DNA of 34,738 nt, taken from positions 1 to 34,738 of the forward strand of contig JANQKO010000059.1 in assembly GCA_028281075.1 (NCBI GenBank), read 5' to 3'. This stretch comes from Alphaproteobacteria bacterium (lineage in GTDB: Bacteria > Pseudomonadota > Alphaproteobacteria > GCA-2731375). Within the stretch, counting starts at the first letter, position 1; each line of letters begins with the position of its first letter. Shown here in pieces: positions 25,535-33,332 of this stretch. Below the pieces are notes generated by a model. The model did no database searches. It saw only the letters and a list, made by a program, of their open reading frames with translations, and was not told the DNA's origin. Both the position numbers and the translations under genes were made by a program.

Positions 25535-25681
25535 CCGTCAAAATCAGGACTGGCTTCACAAGTTAACTGGGGTGTCTCCAGATCAAACTCCGCAGTTCAA
25601 ATGCGGGATTATAGTAGTAATCGGCGCTTTGCATCGGCGACAACGACTGCTGGATCGCTAGAAGACAGACATTCCGTGCCC

Positions 25682-26686
25682 TCAGAACGGTGCGGAGCGG
25701 AGCCATTCGATGGTTTCGCGCAAAAACGTCGGGATGTCGCGTAGCGGCACGTTGAGGCTGTTGCGGCGGGTGAAGTCGAAGCCGGTTGCGGGTGCGAGTG
25801 CGAGTGGCTCAATGAGCGGGGCGGGCATCTTCATGTCGGGGAGGATCTTTTTGAGCTCGGCGTAGATGTCCTGCCAGTGCCAGCTATCGTAGACGCCGTA
25901 GTAGCGGCCGGACGCGGCCTCGTTTTCGTAAGCCGCCATGAATAGCGCGGCGAGGTCGTGGAGGTGGATCATCGAGGTCGAGTCGTTGGGGATCTTCTCA
26001 TGCCTCGGCGGGCCGCCGGCGATGAGGGCGCGCAGCCATTTGTGCGGGTTGTGCTCCAGGTGGCCCGGCAGGATGACGGGGCCGAACATGCCGGTCGGCA
26101 GCAGAATGCAGAGGCGCATGCCGTGCTCGGCGGCAAACGCGATGGCGGCCTTTTCCATCACGGTCTTGGTGGCGGATGTGTATTTCTTGGCGCGGCACTG
26201 CTCGGCTTCGTCGGACCAGTGGTCGACCTCGTTCTTGATCGGCACCGGCGGCACCGGGTTGGTGCTGCTGGTGCTGCTGCAGATGATGGCGGTCTTGACG
26301 CCCTGGCGGGCGGCGGCGCGCAGGATGTTGAGGCAGCCGTTGACGGTCGGCATGATGATCTCGGCATAGCCTTGCTCGTCGTCCATCTCGCGGGCGGGCT
26401 TGCCTGACGGGCCGGCATAGACCGGGATGAGGCTGGCGATGAAGACGGCGTCGGTGTTGGCGAGCGGTTCGTCGAAGTCGGCTTCGTGGGCCATGTCGGC
26501 GCTGTGGAGCGTCAGCCGTTCGGCGGCGCCGGGGAGCGCCATGAGGTAGGGCGCCTTGTCCGGCGCCTTCGCGTCGCGCAGCGTACCGCGCACCGTGTAG
26601 CCGCGATCGAGCGCCGCCTTGACGATGTTCGAGCCGACAAGGCCGCTGGCGCCGACGATGCAGAGGGATTTGTCCGCGAGCCTCAT
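25682..26686 (-). CDS. NAD-dependent epimerase/dehydratase family (extended SDR, aldehyde/flavonol-reductase-like)
   Basis: 334 aa. N-terminal Rossmann motif IVGASGLVGSNIV. Active-site region KKYTSATKTVMEKAA. High GC. Confidence 0.88.
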   Translation of the reverse strand: MRLADKSLCIVGASGLVGSNIVKAALDRGYTVRGTLRDAKAPDKAPYLMALPGAAERLTLHSADMAHEADFDEPLANTDAVFIASLIPVYAGPSGKPAREMDDEQGYAEIIMPTVNGCLNILRAAARQGVKTAIICSSTSSTNPVPPVPIKNEVDHWSDEAEQCRAKKYTSATKTVMEKAAIAFAAEHGMRLCILLPTGMFGPVILPGHLEHNPHKWLRALIAGGPPRHEKIPNDSTSMIHLHDLAALFMAAYENEAASGRYYGVYDSWHWQDIYAELKKILPDMKMPAPLIEPLALAPATGFDFTRRNSLNVPLRDIPTFLRETIEWLRSAPF

Positions 26687-26710
26687 TTTCTTTCTGCCTC
26701 TTTCCTGTTG

Positions 26711-27362
26711 GGCCGGCAGAGAAGGGAGGTTTCACCACAAAGACGCGAAGACGCAAAGAACCAAAAAGACGTTGGCTGGCGCGGGCCGGTATGCCGACGT
26801 GTGGGATGTCGGCACGAACACGGCGTCGCGGGACCTGAGTCTTAGACGTGAATGGGATCGACCACAGAGGCACGGAGGACACGGAGAAAAGTTGGTTGGC
26901 GCGAAGCGCCGGAAGAAAGCGCATTCTCTCTGTGTCCTCCGTGCCTCCGTGGTGGAAACCCCTTCGCTCTCACCGCGTCGCGGCGGAACGGATCAATGGG
27001 ATGGACTGCCCATGTTCTGCATCCGTCGGGTCGGCCGGAAAGAGAGGTTTCACCGCCAAGGCGCCAAGACACCAAGTCGGCATGTCGAATTGCGCCGGTA
27101 TGCCGACGTGTGGGATGTCCGCGCGAAAACGGCGTCGCGGGACCTGAGTCCTAGACCGGAATGGGATCGACCACAGAGGCACGGAGGACACAGAGAATAC
27201 ACATGTTTTTCCGGCGCTTCGCGCCAACCAACTTTTCTCCGTGTCCTCCATGCCTCTGTGGTGAAAACCCCGTCGTCCTCACCGCGCCGCGGTGAAACGG
27301 ATTAACGAGGACTGTCCTCATGTCGTCGGTCAACAGCAGAGACGCGGAGGGCACGGAGAAGG
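26711..27362. repeat. 322-bp tandem duplication (x2) of a composite of P8 half-element, GCCGAC hairpin and a full P8 palindrome, plus a partial third arm
   Basis: Unit 1 starts at GGCCGG 26711 and unit 2 at GGCCGG 27033. The modules are collinear (GGTTTCACC..., GGTATGCCGACGTGTGGGATGTC, GGCGTCGCGGGACCTGAGTC, GAATGGGATCGACCACAGAGGCACGGAGGACAC...). Confidence 0.85.
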
Positions 27363-27416
27363 AAGCTGGCCGGGCGCGACGCGCCCGATGGGAACAACGC
27401 GCCCGCGCGGCCCGCG

Positions 27417-28115
27417 CTACCCCCGCCCCGGATTGGCCTGGGCCATGAGGTTCTTGCGGGCTTCCGCGTCCCAGTCGCCGGTGGGCTTGCCGAACTCGCG
27501 GCCGACGTCGTAGCCGCGGCGCAAGGCCGGGCGCTGCTGCAGGGTCTTGTACCAGCGGCGGACGTTGGGGAATTTTTCCAGGTCCACCTCCTGGCGCTTG
27601 TAGGTGATGACCCAGGGCCAGATCGCCATGTCGGCGATGGAATAGTCGCCGGCGACATAGTCACGGCCGGCCAGGCGCCGGTCGAGCACGCCGTAGAGCC
27701 GGTGCATCTCGTTGTCGTAGCGTTCCCTGGCGTAAGGGATCTGTTCGGGGGCGTAGAAGCGGAAGTGGCCGGCCTGGCCGAACATCGGGCCGACACCGCC
27801 CATCTGCCACATCAGCCATTCCAGCACTTCCATGCGGCCCCGCAGGTCGGCCGGCATGAAGCGGCCGGACTTTTCCGCGAGATAGACCAGGATGGCGCCG
27901 CTCTCGAACACCGAGACCGGGTCGCCGCCGCCGGGCGGGTCGTGGTCGACGATGGCGGGCATGCGGTTGTTGGGGCTGATGGCCAGGAACTCGGGCGCGA
28001 ACTGGTCGCCCTTGTTGATGGCGACCGGCACCACGCGGTAGTCCAACTCCATCTCTTCCAGCGCGATGGAGATCTTCCAGCCGTTCGGCGTCGGCCAGTA
28101 ATATGCGTCGATCAT
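27417..28115 (-). CDS. yfcG: Glutathione S-transferase, Nu-class (YfcG/YghU-like disulfide-bond oxidoreductase)
   Basis: MIDAYYWPTPNGWKISIALEEMELDYRVVPV...ISPNNRMPAIVDH...FESGAILVYLAEK...WLMWQMGGVGPMFGQ closely resembles E. coli YfcG as I recall it. The start is ATG 28115; the longer ORF-track start is rejected. Confidence 0.88.
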   Translation of the reverse strand: MIDAYYWPTPNGWKISIALEEMELDYRVVPVAINKGDQFAPEFLAISPNNRMPAIVDHDPPGGGDPVSVFESGAILVYLAEKSGRFMPADLRGRMEVLEWLMWQMGGVGPMFGQAGHFRFYAPEQIPYARERYDNEMHRLYGVLDRRLAGRDYVAGDYSIADMAIWPWVITYKRQEVDLEKFPNVRRWYKTLQQRPALRRGYDVGREFGKPTGDWDAEARKNLMAQANPGRG

Positions 28116-28132
28116 GGGCGGCGTCCGGTCAG

Positions 28133-28741
28133 TTACTTGGTGGCGAAAGCCTTTTGCAGGGCCGGGCGGGCCTGCAGGCGGTCGATATAGGCGGCAAGCC
28201 CGGGCTTGTCGGCGATGTCGCCGACGAGGCGCGAGGCGACGATGCCGGCATGGCCGGTCATGATGTCGGCGGCGGAGAAGTCGCCGGCGAGATAGTCGCG
28301 GCCGTCGAGCGCCTTGTCGACGACGCCCAGCATGCGGGCCAGCAGCTTGGTGGCGCGGTCGACATTGACCTGGTTGCGCTTCTCCTCGGGCAGGATGATG
28401 GTCTCGACGACGAGGGTGTTGACCGGCGGCATCAGCATGCCCTCGGCGAAGTGCAGCCATTGCAGGTAGTCGGCGAAGGCCGGCGTCGACGTGTCCGGCA
28501 CCAGGCGGCCGTTGCCGTATCGCGCCAGGACGTATTCGACGATGGCGCCGGACTCGAAGATCCGGATGTCGCCGTCCTCCAGCACCGGCACGCGGCCGAG
28601 CGGATGCACCTGGAGATATTCGGGCGCGCGCATGCGCGGATCGCCGAGCGTGAACGGCTCCAGCGCGTAATCGAGCCCCAGCTCCTCGCACAGCCAGACG
28701 ATGCGCACCGCGCGGGTGTTGGGGGCGTAGTAGATCTTCAT
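28133..28741 (-). CDS. Glutathione S-transferase family protein
   Basis: 202 aa. N-terminal thioredoxin-like GST fold (VHPLGRVPVLEDGDIRIFESGAIVEY) and a C-terminal helical domain. Confidence 0.85.
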   Translation of the reverse strand: MKIYYAPNTRAVRIVWLCEELGLDYALEPFTLGDPRMRAPEYLQVHPLGRVPVLEDGDIRIFESGAIVEYVLARYGNGRLVPDTSTPAFADYLQWLHFAEGMLMPPVNTLVVETIILPEEKRNQVNVDRATKLLARMLGVVDKALDGRDYLAGDFSAADIMTGHAGIVASRLVGDIADKPGLAAYIDRLQARPALQKAFATK

Positions 28742-28779
28742 GCGGCCTCTCTTACATACGCGGCGCGGACGCGGCCGGG

Positions 28780-29688
28780 CTAACGGTTCGACGCGGTCGG
28801 CGCGTAGGCGTCGGCGCGGTCGTCGGGCGTGCTGTCATGCGCGAGCTCGGTCGCCGGATCGCCGGCGACGCGGGTGTGGCGCATGACCCGTGGCAGGTCG
28901 AAATCGTAGGGCCGCGCGCGGTGCAGGACGCAGCGGTTGTCCCAGACGACCGTGTCGCCCGGCCGCCAGTGGTGGGTGTGGATACGTGGCGGCCGGCAGG
29001 CGAAATCCTGCAGCTCGTCCAACAGCGCCAGCGCCGCGCCGTCGTCGAGGCCGGGGATGCGGTAGGCATGGCGGCCGATGAACAGCGACTTGCGGCCGGT
29101 GACCGGATGGGTCTTGACCAGCGGCCGCAGCGGCGCGCCCTTGGTGTGGTAGCCGTAGCCGGCGCCGGTCCTGATCTCGTAGCCCATCTTGGCCTGCGAC
29201 TGGTAGAGCGAGTGATAGGCCGAGAGCCCCGATATGCGCCGCTTGCGCACGTCGTCGAGCGCGTCATACGCGGCGCGCATGTCGGCCCACTCGGTCTCGC
29301 CGCCGCTGGGCGGCACCTCAACCGCCGACAGCACCGAGGCCTTGGCGGCGAGCGGCATGTAGGAGCTGTCGGTGTGCCAGCCCTCGTTGCCGCGCAGCAC
29401 CTTGAAGCGGTGCTCGCCGGCCCCGGCGACCGTGCCGTCCGGCTTGGCGTTGCTGATCTCGACGGACTTGTGGTCGCTGTCGCCGCGCAGGATCTCGATC
29501 TCGCCGAAGCGGGCGGCGAACGCCTCCTGCGCCGCCGGGCTCAGGTTCTGGCCGGGAAAGACCAGCAGCGCGTATTGGTGGAACGCGTCCTCGACGACGG
29601 CCCAGGTGCCGTCGTCCAGGTCGGCGAGGCCGATGTCGGTCACGGTGGCGCCGAGCGTGGCGTCGAGGGCGGTGATGGTGGGCGCCAT
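28780..29688 (-). CDS. TauD/TfdA family Fe(II)/2-oxoglutarate dioxygenase
   Basis: 302 aa. WHTDSSY (HxD), GGETEWADMRAAYDAL, and a distal H/R in VWDNRCVLHRA. Confidence 0.85.
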   Translation of the reverse strand: MAPTITALDATLGATVTDIGLADLDDGTWAVVEDAFHQYALLVFPGQNLSPAAQEAFAARFGEIEILRGDSDHKSVEISNAKPDGTVAGAGEHRFKVLRGNEGWHTDSSYMPLAAKASVLSAVEVPPSGGETEWADMRAAYDALDDVRKRRISGLSAYHSLYQSQAKMGYEIRTGAGYGYHTKGAPLRPLVKTHPVTGRKSLFIGRHAYRIPGLDDGAALALLDELQDFACRPPRIHTHHWRPGDTVVWDNRCVLHRARPYDFDLPRVMRHTRVAGDPATELAHDSTPDDRADAYAPTASNR

Positions 29689-29762
29689 GGCGGCTTCCTG
29701 CTGGTCGTTGGGCCCCGACAGTATGGGCGCGCGCGCCGGCCGATGACAAGCGCGGGCGCGCG

Positions 29763-30212
29763 TCAGAGCGTCCGCGACATCAGGACATAGCGGTCGCGCG
29801 GGGCAAAGCCGAGGCGGCCATAGAGGCGCCGGGCGCGGGTGTTGTCGCGGGCGACCTCCAGATGCAGCGCCTTGACGCCGAGGCCGCGCGCCGCGTCCGC
29901 GACCCGGTCCAACGCCGAGGTGCCGAGGCCGCGGCCGCGCGCGGCCTCGACGAGGAACATCTCGTCGACGAAGGCGTCACGGCCGCCGAACTCGATGCTG
30001 TAGCCGAAGCAGAGCGCGACATAGCCGACCGTCTGGCCGTCCTCTTCAATCAGCCAGATACGCCCGGCGCCGGTCCGCGCCAGCAGTGGCGCGATGGTGT
30101 CGGCGGTGGCGACGGCATCATGGGAAATCCGCTCGACGGCGTGACAGGCCGCGATCAGTCCGAGCAGCACGTCGCCGTCCGACGATGTCGCGAGACGGAT
30201 GGACACCGTCAT
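29763..30212 (-). CDS. GNAT family N-acetyltransferase
   Basis: MTVSIRLATSSD... with acetyl-CoA motif VEAARGRGLGTSAL. ATG 30212 is preceded by GGGAGAA. The upstream extension is rejected. Confidence 0.82.
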   Translation of the reverse strand: MTVSIRLATSSDGDVLLGLIAACHAVERISHDAVATADTIAPLLARTGAGRIWLIEEDGQTVGYVALCFGYSIEFGGRDAFVDEMFLVEAARGRGLGTSALDRVADAARGLGVKALHLEVARDNTRARRLYGRLGFAPRDRYVLMSRTL

Positions 30213-30395
30213 CTGGTCTGTTCTCCCTTGCCGTCCGGCCGGAAATGCTTCCCACGACATCGACAGCCTGGATGACGGCATCTCCAACGTCGTCATTGCC
30301 GGACTTGATCCAATAGTGTCCGGTGATGACGAACGGGCATAACTGGGGCAGAAGTCCGAGCGTATTCGGATTCCTTAGGGACAATCCCTAATCCA

Positions 30396-30715
30396 TTAGG
30401 GTGGACTGTCCCTATTGATTTCCCGTGCGAAGAAATCCCCCGTCGTCATGCCGGCGGAGGCCGGCATCCATGGGCTTTGCCGGCAAGCGCCACGCCGGCG
30501 GTCGGGTGCCCATGCATGGCGGCTTCCGGCCTGCACCGGAACAGGCCCCACCGGCATGACCGTGGCGGGAGACTGTCGCCGGTGCCGGGAACCCGAAGAC
30601 GTTGTCGTTCGACGGACGGCCAGTCCCATGGATGCCGGCCTCCGCCGGCATGACGATTGGGGCGGGTCTTAGGCGTTTTCTTCACGGCCGCGCTGGCCGG
30701 CAGTCCGGCATGGAA
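30396..30715. repeat. Composite REP-like block, inverted copy of 4066-4396
   Basis: See 4066-4396. It is flanked by TTAGGGA-CAA-TCCCTAA (30375-30391) and GGGGACTGCCC (30721-30731) palindromic motifs. Confidence 0.85.
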
Positions 30716-30857
30716 TCGATGGGGACTGCCCTATCAACTACGGCAACTAACTTGGCGCCTATGCGGGACACGGGCCCATTTCCGGCATTGCCCACCGCCA
30801 AATGTTCCCTTATTGTTCCGAGATGAGCCCCCCGCCCTGAACCGGGAGAACCACTTT

Positions 30858-31256
30858 ATGATCAGTGGAAGCTGCTGCTGTGGCGCGATCAAGTTCGAGC
30901 TATTGGCCGAACCATCGATGATGGGGACGTGTCATTGCACGCGATGCCGCAAGGTCGGCGCGAGCACCTTTGTCTTCGTCAAGAAGGCGGACCTGAAGTG
31001 GATTCAGGGGCGCGATCAGGTCCAGCTCTTCGCGCCGGTTCCCCCTTACAAATACGGTCGTTGCTTCTGCCGAACCTGTGGCACGTCGCTCGGCGAAATC
31101 TTGTCGGAAGAAGACAGCTTTCCAATCGCGGCGAATGCCCTCGACGGTGAACTGGGCCTCAGAACCCGGTTCCACGAGTTTGTCGCCGAAAAACCCTCGT
31201 GGTACGACATCCGTGACGATGCAAGACAGTTCGATGGGCATCCCGTCTCCACCTGA
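30858..31256 (+). CDS. GFA (glutathione-dependent formaldehyde-activating / CENP-V-like) family protein
   Basis: MISGSCCCGAIKF...CHCTRCRK...CRTCG are the Cys-rich Zn motifs of the GFA family. ATG 30858 lies 8 nt after GGGAGA. Confidence 0.82.
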   Translation: MISGSCCCGAIKFELLAEPSMMGTCHCTRCRKVGASTFVFVKKADLKWIQGRDQVQLFAPVPPYKYGRCFCRTCGTSLGEILSEEDSFPIAANALDGELGLRTRFHEFVAEKPSWYDIRDDARQFDGHPVST

Positions 31257-31404
31257 CTGTTCGTCAAACGAACAGATGTTCGATGGCCGTTGCCGAGCGG
31301 CCGCTTCGGGTCACGCGCGGGAGGGCGGCAATCGACCATGCGGGCGTCGGACAAGGTGACGAACCCGCTCTCGTATAGTCTCCGGCTTCGGCACGAGAGA
31401 TCGA

Positions 31405-31908
31405 ATGACCGAGATACCGACGATCGAGACCGAGCGGCTCATCCTCCGCCCACCCGGAACGGAAGACTGGCCTTCATATGCCGAGCTGATGTCCTCGGCG
31501 CGCGCCATTTACATGGGCGGCCCGTTTTCGACCAGGGACGCCTGGGGCATGTTCTGTCACGACGTCGCCCAGTGGACGCTGATGGGGCACGGCGCGCTGA
31601 TGCTGGAGGCCCGCGGCAGCGGCCAGTGTCTCGGACAGGTCGGCATCAATCACGGACCGCTGTTTCCCGAACACGAGCTGGGCTGGCTCGTCTATCCCGA
31701 GGCCGAGGGAAGAGGCTACGCGTACGAAGCGGCACGGGCCTTGCGGGACTGGGCGTTCACAAAACGGCGCCTCGAGACCCTTGTCAGCTACATCGATCCG
31801 CGAAACGGCAGATCCCGCAGGCTCGCGGAACGCCTGGGCGCGGTGCTGGATACGGCCGCGCCGCGTCAAGATCCGGACGATCTGGTCTATCGCCACCCCA
31901 AGCCTTGA
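31405..31908 (+). CDS. GNAT family N-acetyltransferase (RimJ/RimL-like)
   Basis: 167 aa. TERLILRPP...EDW..., EAEGRGYAYEAARAL. Confidence 0.82.
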   Translation: MTEIPTIETERLILRPPGTEDWPSYAELMSSARAIYMGGPFSTRDAWGMFCHDVAQWTLMGHGALMLEARGSGQCLGQVGINHGPLFPEHELGWLVYPEAEGRGYAYEAARALRDWAFTKRRLETLVSYIDPRNGRSRRLAERLGAVLDTAAPRQDPDDLVYRHPKP

Positions 31909-32174
31909 CCAAGCTCGGGGCGCGTAAGCGGGGCCGGTCGTCCCTAGGCGTCCGCATCCATCTTCGACAGCAGGTCCAGGTCGCCCGTGGCCAGCCGCCG
32001 GGGACCTGGCCGTCGAGCGGAAAGTGGGCGCGCACGGCTCCGTACATGGCGGCACGGTGGCGGGACGACCGCCGCGACAAGGCCGCGCTTGGCAATCCGG
32101 GCCGGGGCTTTCATAGTGGCGGTCGGGACGCGCAACGGCGACGAAACGCGCTCGACGAGTGGAGGGAGAGCATC

Positions 32175-32603
32175 ATGGCGGGACCCTATAAGGGGCGGTG
32201 CTTCTGCGGCGCCATCGAGTTCGAGGTCAGTGGCGAGCCGGCGGCGATGGGCTATTGCCATTGCACGGACTGCGCCGAATGGGCCGGCGCGCCGATCAAT
32301 TCGTTCAGCCTGTGGCCGCAGGGCAGCGTCAGCGTGACCAGCGGCGCGGACAATATCGGCACCTACAACAAGACCGAGAACTCGTTCCGCAAGTTCTGCA
32401 AGAGCTGCGGCGGGCATGTCTTCAGCGACCATCCGGGGATGTCGCTAACGGACGTCTATCCGAACGTGGTGCCGGACCTGACGCACGCGCCGACGCTGCA
32501 CGTGTTCTACGGCGAGAAGACCGTGTCGGTGCAGGACGGGCTGCCGAAGTTCAAGGACCTGCCGTCGGAGTTCGGCGGCTCGGGGGAAACGCTGCCCGAC
32601 TAG
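32175..32603 (+). CDS. GFA family protein
   Basis: MAGPYKGRCFCGAIEFEV...CHCTDC...CKSCGGHVF. ATG 32175 follows GGAGGGAGAG. The long R-rich 31290 start is rejected. Confidence 0.85.
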   Translation: MAGPYKGRCFCGAIEFEVSGEPAAMGYCHCTDCAEWAGAPINSFSLWPQGSVSVTSGADNIGTYNKTENSFRKFCKSCGGHVFSDHPGMSLTDVYPNVVPDLTHAPTLHVFYGEKTVSVQDGLPKFKDLPSEFGGSGETLPD

Positions 32604-32651
32604 GGTCCGCCGGCCGCCAGGCGGCCAGACACATGGGGTTCGGGGCGCGTC

Positions 32652-33332
32652 GTGGTGATCATTCTCGGTATCGGCGCGCTGCTGGCGCTGGTCTTCGGGC
32701 CGTCGATCTGGGCCAAGGCGGTGCTGGCGCGCCACAGCGCCGAGCGGCCGGACTTTCCCGGCAGCGGCGGCGAACTGGCCCGGCACCTGCTGGACGCGGC
32801 CGGGCTGGCCGACGTCCGGGTCGAGGTCACCGATCGTGGCGACCACTACGATCCGGAGGCGCGCGCCGTGCGGCTGTCGCGGGACAACCATGACGGCCGG
32901 TCGGTGACCGCGGTCGCGGTGGCCGCGCACGAGGTGGGCCACGCCCTGCAGCACCGCGACGGCGACCCGGCGCTGATGCGCCGGACACGGCTGGTCAAGA
33001 GCACGGCCGCGTTCCAGCGCATCGGCTCGATCGTGATCTTCGGCACCGCCATCGTCGGCCTGGTGGTGCGGGTGCCGGGCCTGATGCTGCTGGGCCTGGT
33101 CGCCGGCGTGCTGACCATGGCGGTGTCGGTGGTGGTCCACCTCGTCACCCTGCCGGTGGAATTCGACGCCAGCTTCCGGCGCGCCCTGCCGATCCTGGAC
33201 GAGGGCGGCTACCTGCCGCCGGAGGACCTGCCGGCGGCGCGGCACATCCTGCGCGCCTGCGCGCTGACCTATGTCGCCGCGTCGCTGACCGCGCTGCTGA
33301 ACCTGTGGCGCTGGATCCGGCTGATCCGATGA
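32652..33332 (+). CDS. Membrane-associated neutral zinc metallopeptidase (Zn_peptidase_2-like)
   Basis: 226 aa with a GTG start. An N-terminal TM segment, HEVGHALQH (HExxH), and C-terminal TM segments. Confidence 0.8.
   Translation: MVIILGIGALLALVFGPSIWAKAVLARHSAERPDFPGSGGELARHLLDAAGLADVRVEVTDRGDHYDPEARAVRLSRDNHDGRSVTAVAVAAHEVGHALQHRDGDPALMRRTRLVKSTAAFQRIGSIVIFGTAIVGLVVRVPGLMLLGLVAGVLTMAVSVVVHLVTLPVEFDASFRRALPILDEGGYLPPEDLPAARHILRACALTYVAASLTALLNLWRWIRLIR

Larger units (their letters stand above)
17965..25681. other. Low-GC horizontally acquired block (genomic islet) without recognisable integrase/transposase
   Basis: By eye, composition drops from ~68-70% GC to ~45% (about 33% at 24.5-25.0 kb). 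The drop begins directly after the stop codon at 17964, and high GC returns at the epimerase stop codon at 25682. Confidence 0.8.

Noticed and set aside
25590-25606. tRNA T-arm-like hairpin CCGCA-GTTCAAA-TGCGG near the right islet border (a possible tRNA-derived att remnant)
   Set aside because: The loop register is shifted relative to the TTCRANY consensus. The following bases (GATTATAG) cannot form an acceptor stem, and no matching copy is seen at the left border.
17965-25681. Search for an integrase, transposase, relaxase or phage structural genes inside the low-GC block
   Set aside because: No ORF in any frame has tyrosine- or serine-recombinase, DDE or HUH motifs that I can recognise. 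The small minus-strand ORFs inside the STAND gene (for example 18950-19366, 21844-22281) are antisense noise.
31290-32174. Long N-terminal extensions in the ORF track (31290 start for the GFA gene, 27417-28691 for the GST, 12092 start for mlaC, 15372 start for the cupin, 6653 start for metY, 30296 start for the GNAT, 7453 start for DUF1192)
   Set aside because: The extensions are R/P/G-rich and cross repeats or neighbouring genes. In each case an internal ATG with a good SD begins the recognisable family sequence.
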